Assembly: GCA_963729605.1 (NCBI GenBank)
Contig: CAVSNY010000007.1
Coordinates: 1,248,001 to 1,312,000, forward strand
Origin: an uncultured Gammaproteobacteria bacterium
GTDB lineage: Bacteria; Pseudomonadota; Gammaproteobacteria; DRLM01
DNA length: 64,000 nt
Reading direction: 5' to 3'
The translations under genes were made by a program, and so were the position numbers. This document shows positions 63,301 through 64,000 of the stretch, piece by piece; the first letter of the stretch is position 1, and the number at the start of each line of letters is the position of its first letter. The notes beneath the pieces are model-generated. The model ran no database searches. It saw only the letters and a program-made list of their open reading frames with translations, and was not told the DNA's origin.

Positions 63301-64000
63301 CGCAGCGTGATTCCGCGCAATTTCCGGAAAATGCGGTGCCGGCGGGGAGCATCCGGCAAGCCGTGGTTGCCCTGCCCGGCTTGGCAAAGCTGCTGCAGCT
63401 GGACGGTTCATTCGGCGGGCGGCCGCAAGAAACCCCGGCGCAACTCAAGACCCGGATCAGCGAGCGGCTGCGTCACAAAAACCGGGCGTGCACGCCCTGG
63501 GATTATGAGCGGCTGGTGTTGGAACGCTTTCCCAATCTTTACAAAGTCAAGTGTTTCGCCAACAGTGTCAGCAGCGAGGTGGATAAGCCGCAGCCCGGCC
63601 ACGTCATGATCGTGGTCGTGCCTCATTTGCGGATCACGGGCGCGGCGCAGGATTTCATGCCCATGGTGAATTCGGTGGAGCTGTATCAGATCCGCGAATA
63701 TCTGCAAGGGTTGGCGCCGCCCTTCGTTAATATCGCCGTGCGTAATCCGCTGTACGAACGTATACAAGTAAGGTGCACGGTCAAATTCAGCCGGGATGCC
63801 CAAGCCGGTTATGACGTGAAACGGTTGAATCAGGCCATCATCGATTACATCTCGCCCTGGCATACGACCGGCTATCAGACGACGTTCGGCTGGATTATCC
63901 GGCGCGAAGACATCGAATCCTATGTCCGCGGATTGGAGTACGTGGGCTTCGTCACCAATTTCTCCATGCTGCATATCGTCAAGGATGACGCAGGCCGCTA
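60360..64000 (+). CDS. Baseplate J/gp47-like protein (Afp11-like), truncated by window end
   Basis: Starts MADWTRLPITDGTAQSDR; RHLDFYY and, in the same frame, RISERLRHKNRA.TPWDYERLVLE.FP. Absent from the ORF track, presumably because no stop occurs in the window. Confidence 0.88.
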   Translation, partial: MADWTRLPITDGTAQSDRFPAALREGYFNVDEMRYEELLAMSAEFASTLRFYNLQNEPDGDWAELFANDEAVIMAQILATDLKQEEAAFLHLLEKDDADQARVFILQWASRVNEWYKRLNVSGQRSGTALSWKLAELIKVRLAADLRNIVGHLELRPITLAGSTSGLSSEFDAIWSLAERGFDSLEHPAGLLHVKESSERKGVLRSGFYAFYNAVSYLKRITPAYFEESLHSQAHGPAIGLFLAFLKLYRKIQDNTNRFTQRHLDFYYYDFLQFKPRPPVADSVYLVFESVPAAKDIPIPKHTAFSAGKGDAQKVLTYGADAAMTVNDAQVGSLCTLHLERDELLSPEKELAYITHVRTHQLAPAGQDGADLPAVPLFGAAKKEARRSSALGARVGFAAASPALLLLEGEREIEITLCYADPPDIDEVSGKGLLASLSEANTEERFFSLFGKLMTRYLLLHRDWLSEEHKKYILDKARKRVSEVSLGVIGGLLERGRQDFFYKLFRNAFHISLTAETGWLTVANYAVIPFGEGDPLKRNGLKVALSLGPEVAPIVPYAAALHGGDWDTRLPMIQFLVNSQADYYPYSILRDLILKEIVIEARVKGIKNIVAYNNHGQIDPTAPWNPFGPLPGDHSYFIIGSHEAAKKQLTALDVNIEWGELPKSAGGFEAYYKEYGDSYNNQAFKVTMSVFRDGVWQPAKSDINNTASLFDATADGDGLSGEKTLKVGVLHHFKTVSPALAPEAYRYDMKARNGFFRFTFLGSDGAFGHKIYPLLLTKALSVNVNAKLKKLKPIPNPPYTPLINRMTLDYTAKSVIECATGRHEGGDALREKLFHIHPFGMEEISFAGKDKFHYLLPRHLDYGNLFIGIVARRLGGMLTLFFHMAADSTQDAAGDRPAINWYYLASNRWQPLEKARVISDTTLGFLSSGIVTLDIPEAINRDNTIMPNDRYWLRVCADKNLQSFSGLYTVRAQAVKVSRLAQRDSAQFPENAVPAGSIRQAVVALPGLAKLLQLDGSFGGRPQETPAQLKTRISERLRHKNRACTPWDYERLVLERFPNLYKVKCFANSVSSEVDKPQPGHVMIVVVPHLRITGAAQDFMPMVNSVELYQIREYLQGLAPPFVNIAVRNPLYERIQVRCTVKFSRDAQAGYDVKRLNQAIIDYISPWHTTGYQTTFGWIIRREDIESYVRGLEYVGFVTNFSMLHIVKDDAGR

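Noticed and set aside
42961-64000. tRNA-Ser-anchored island containing pst/ars/eCIS
   Set aside because: No integrase or tRNA 3' direct repeat within the window; cannot be supported here
52722-64000. Prophage or canonical T6SS
   Set aside because: No head, terminase, integrase or membrane-complex genes; DUF4255, DUF4157 and Afp-like order indicate eCIS

Overview
High-GC proteobacterial (most likely gammaproteobacterial) chromosome window. The backbone runs M23 peptidase/xseA - guaB - guaA, then resumes at tadA - tRNA-Ser(CGA). About 37 kb of accessory DNA sits between the guaA 3' end and tadA. It is punctuated by copies of the guaA attachment core (ATCGAGTGGGAGT at 4778, 6013 and 18048, degenerate at 32544), and I can recognise no integrase in it. 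The cargo is: CaCA, CPA2 and Mrp/Mnh cation antiporters; two USPs; a baeRF3 + HPF pair; ISCR/IS91 remnants; an orphan group A [FeFe]-hydrogenase with an extra SnoaL-like C-terminal domain, surrounded by short gene fragments that include a 279-bp guaA copy; a LuxR-LuxR-AraC regulator block divergent from a lipoprotein/beta-barrel operon; and a frameshifted cyclic beta-1,2-glucan synthase. After the tRNA come pstSCAB-phoU with a Pho box, arsC-acr3, a DUF4157 (eCIS core) protein with an unknown C-terminal region, and the first part of an extracellular contractile injection system (Afp/PVC-like) running off the window end. All family assignments come from reading motifs by eye; no database searches were run.
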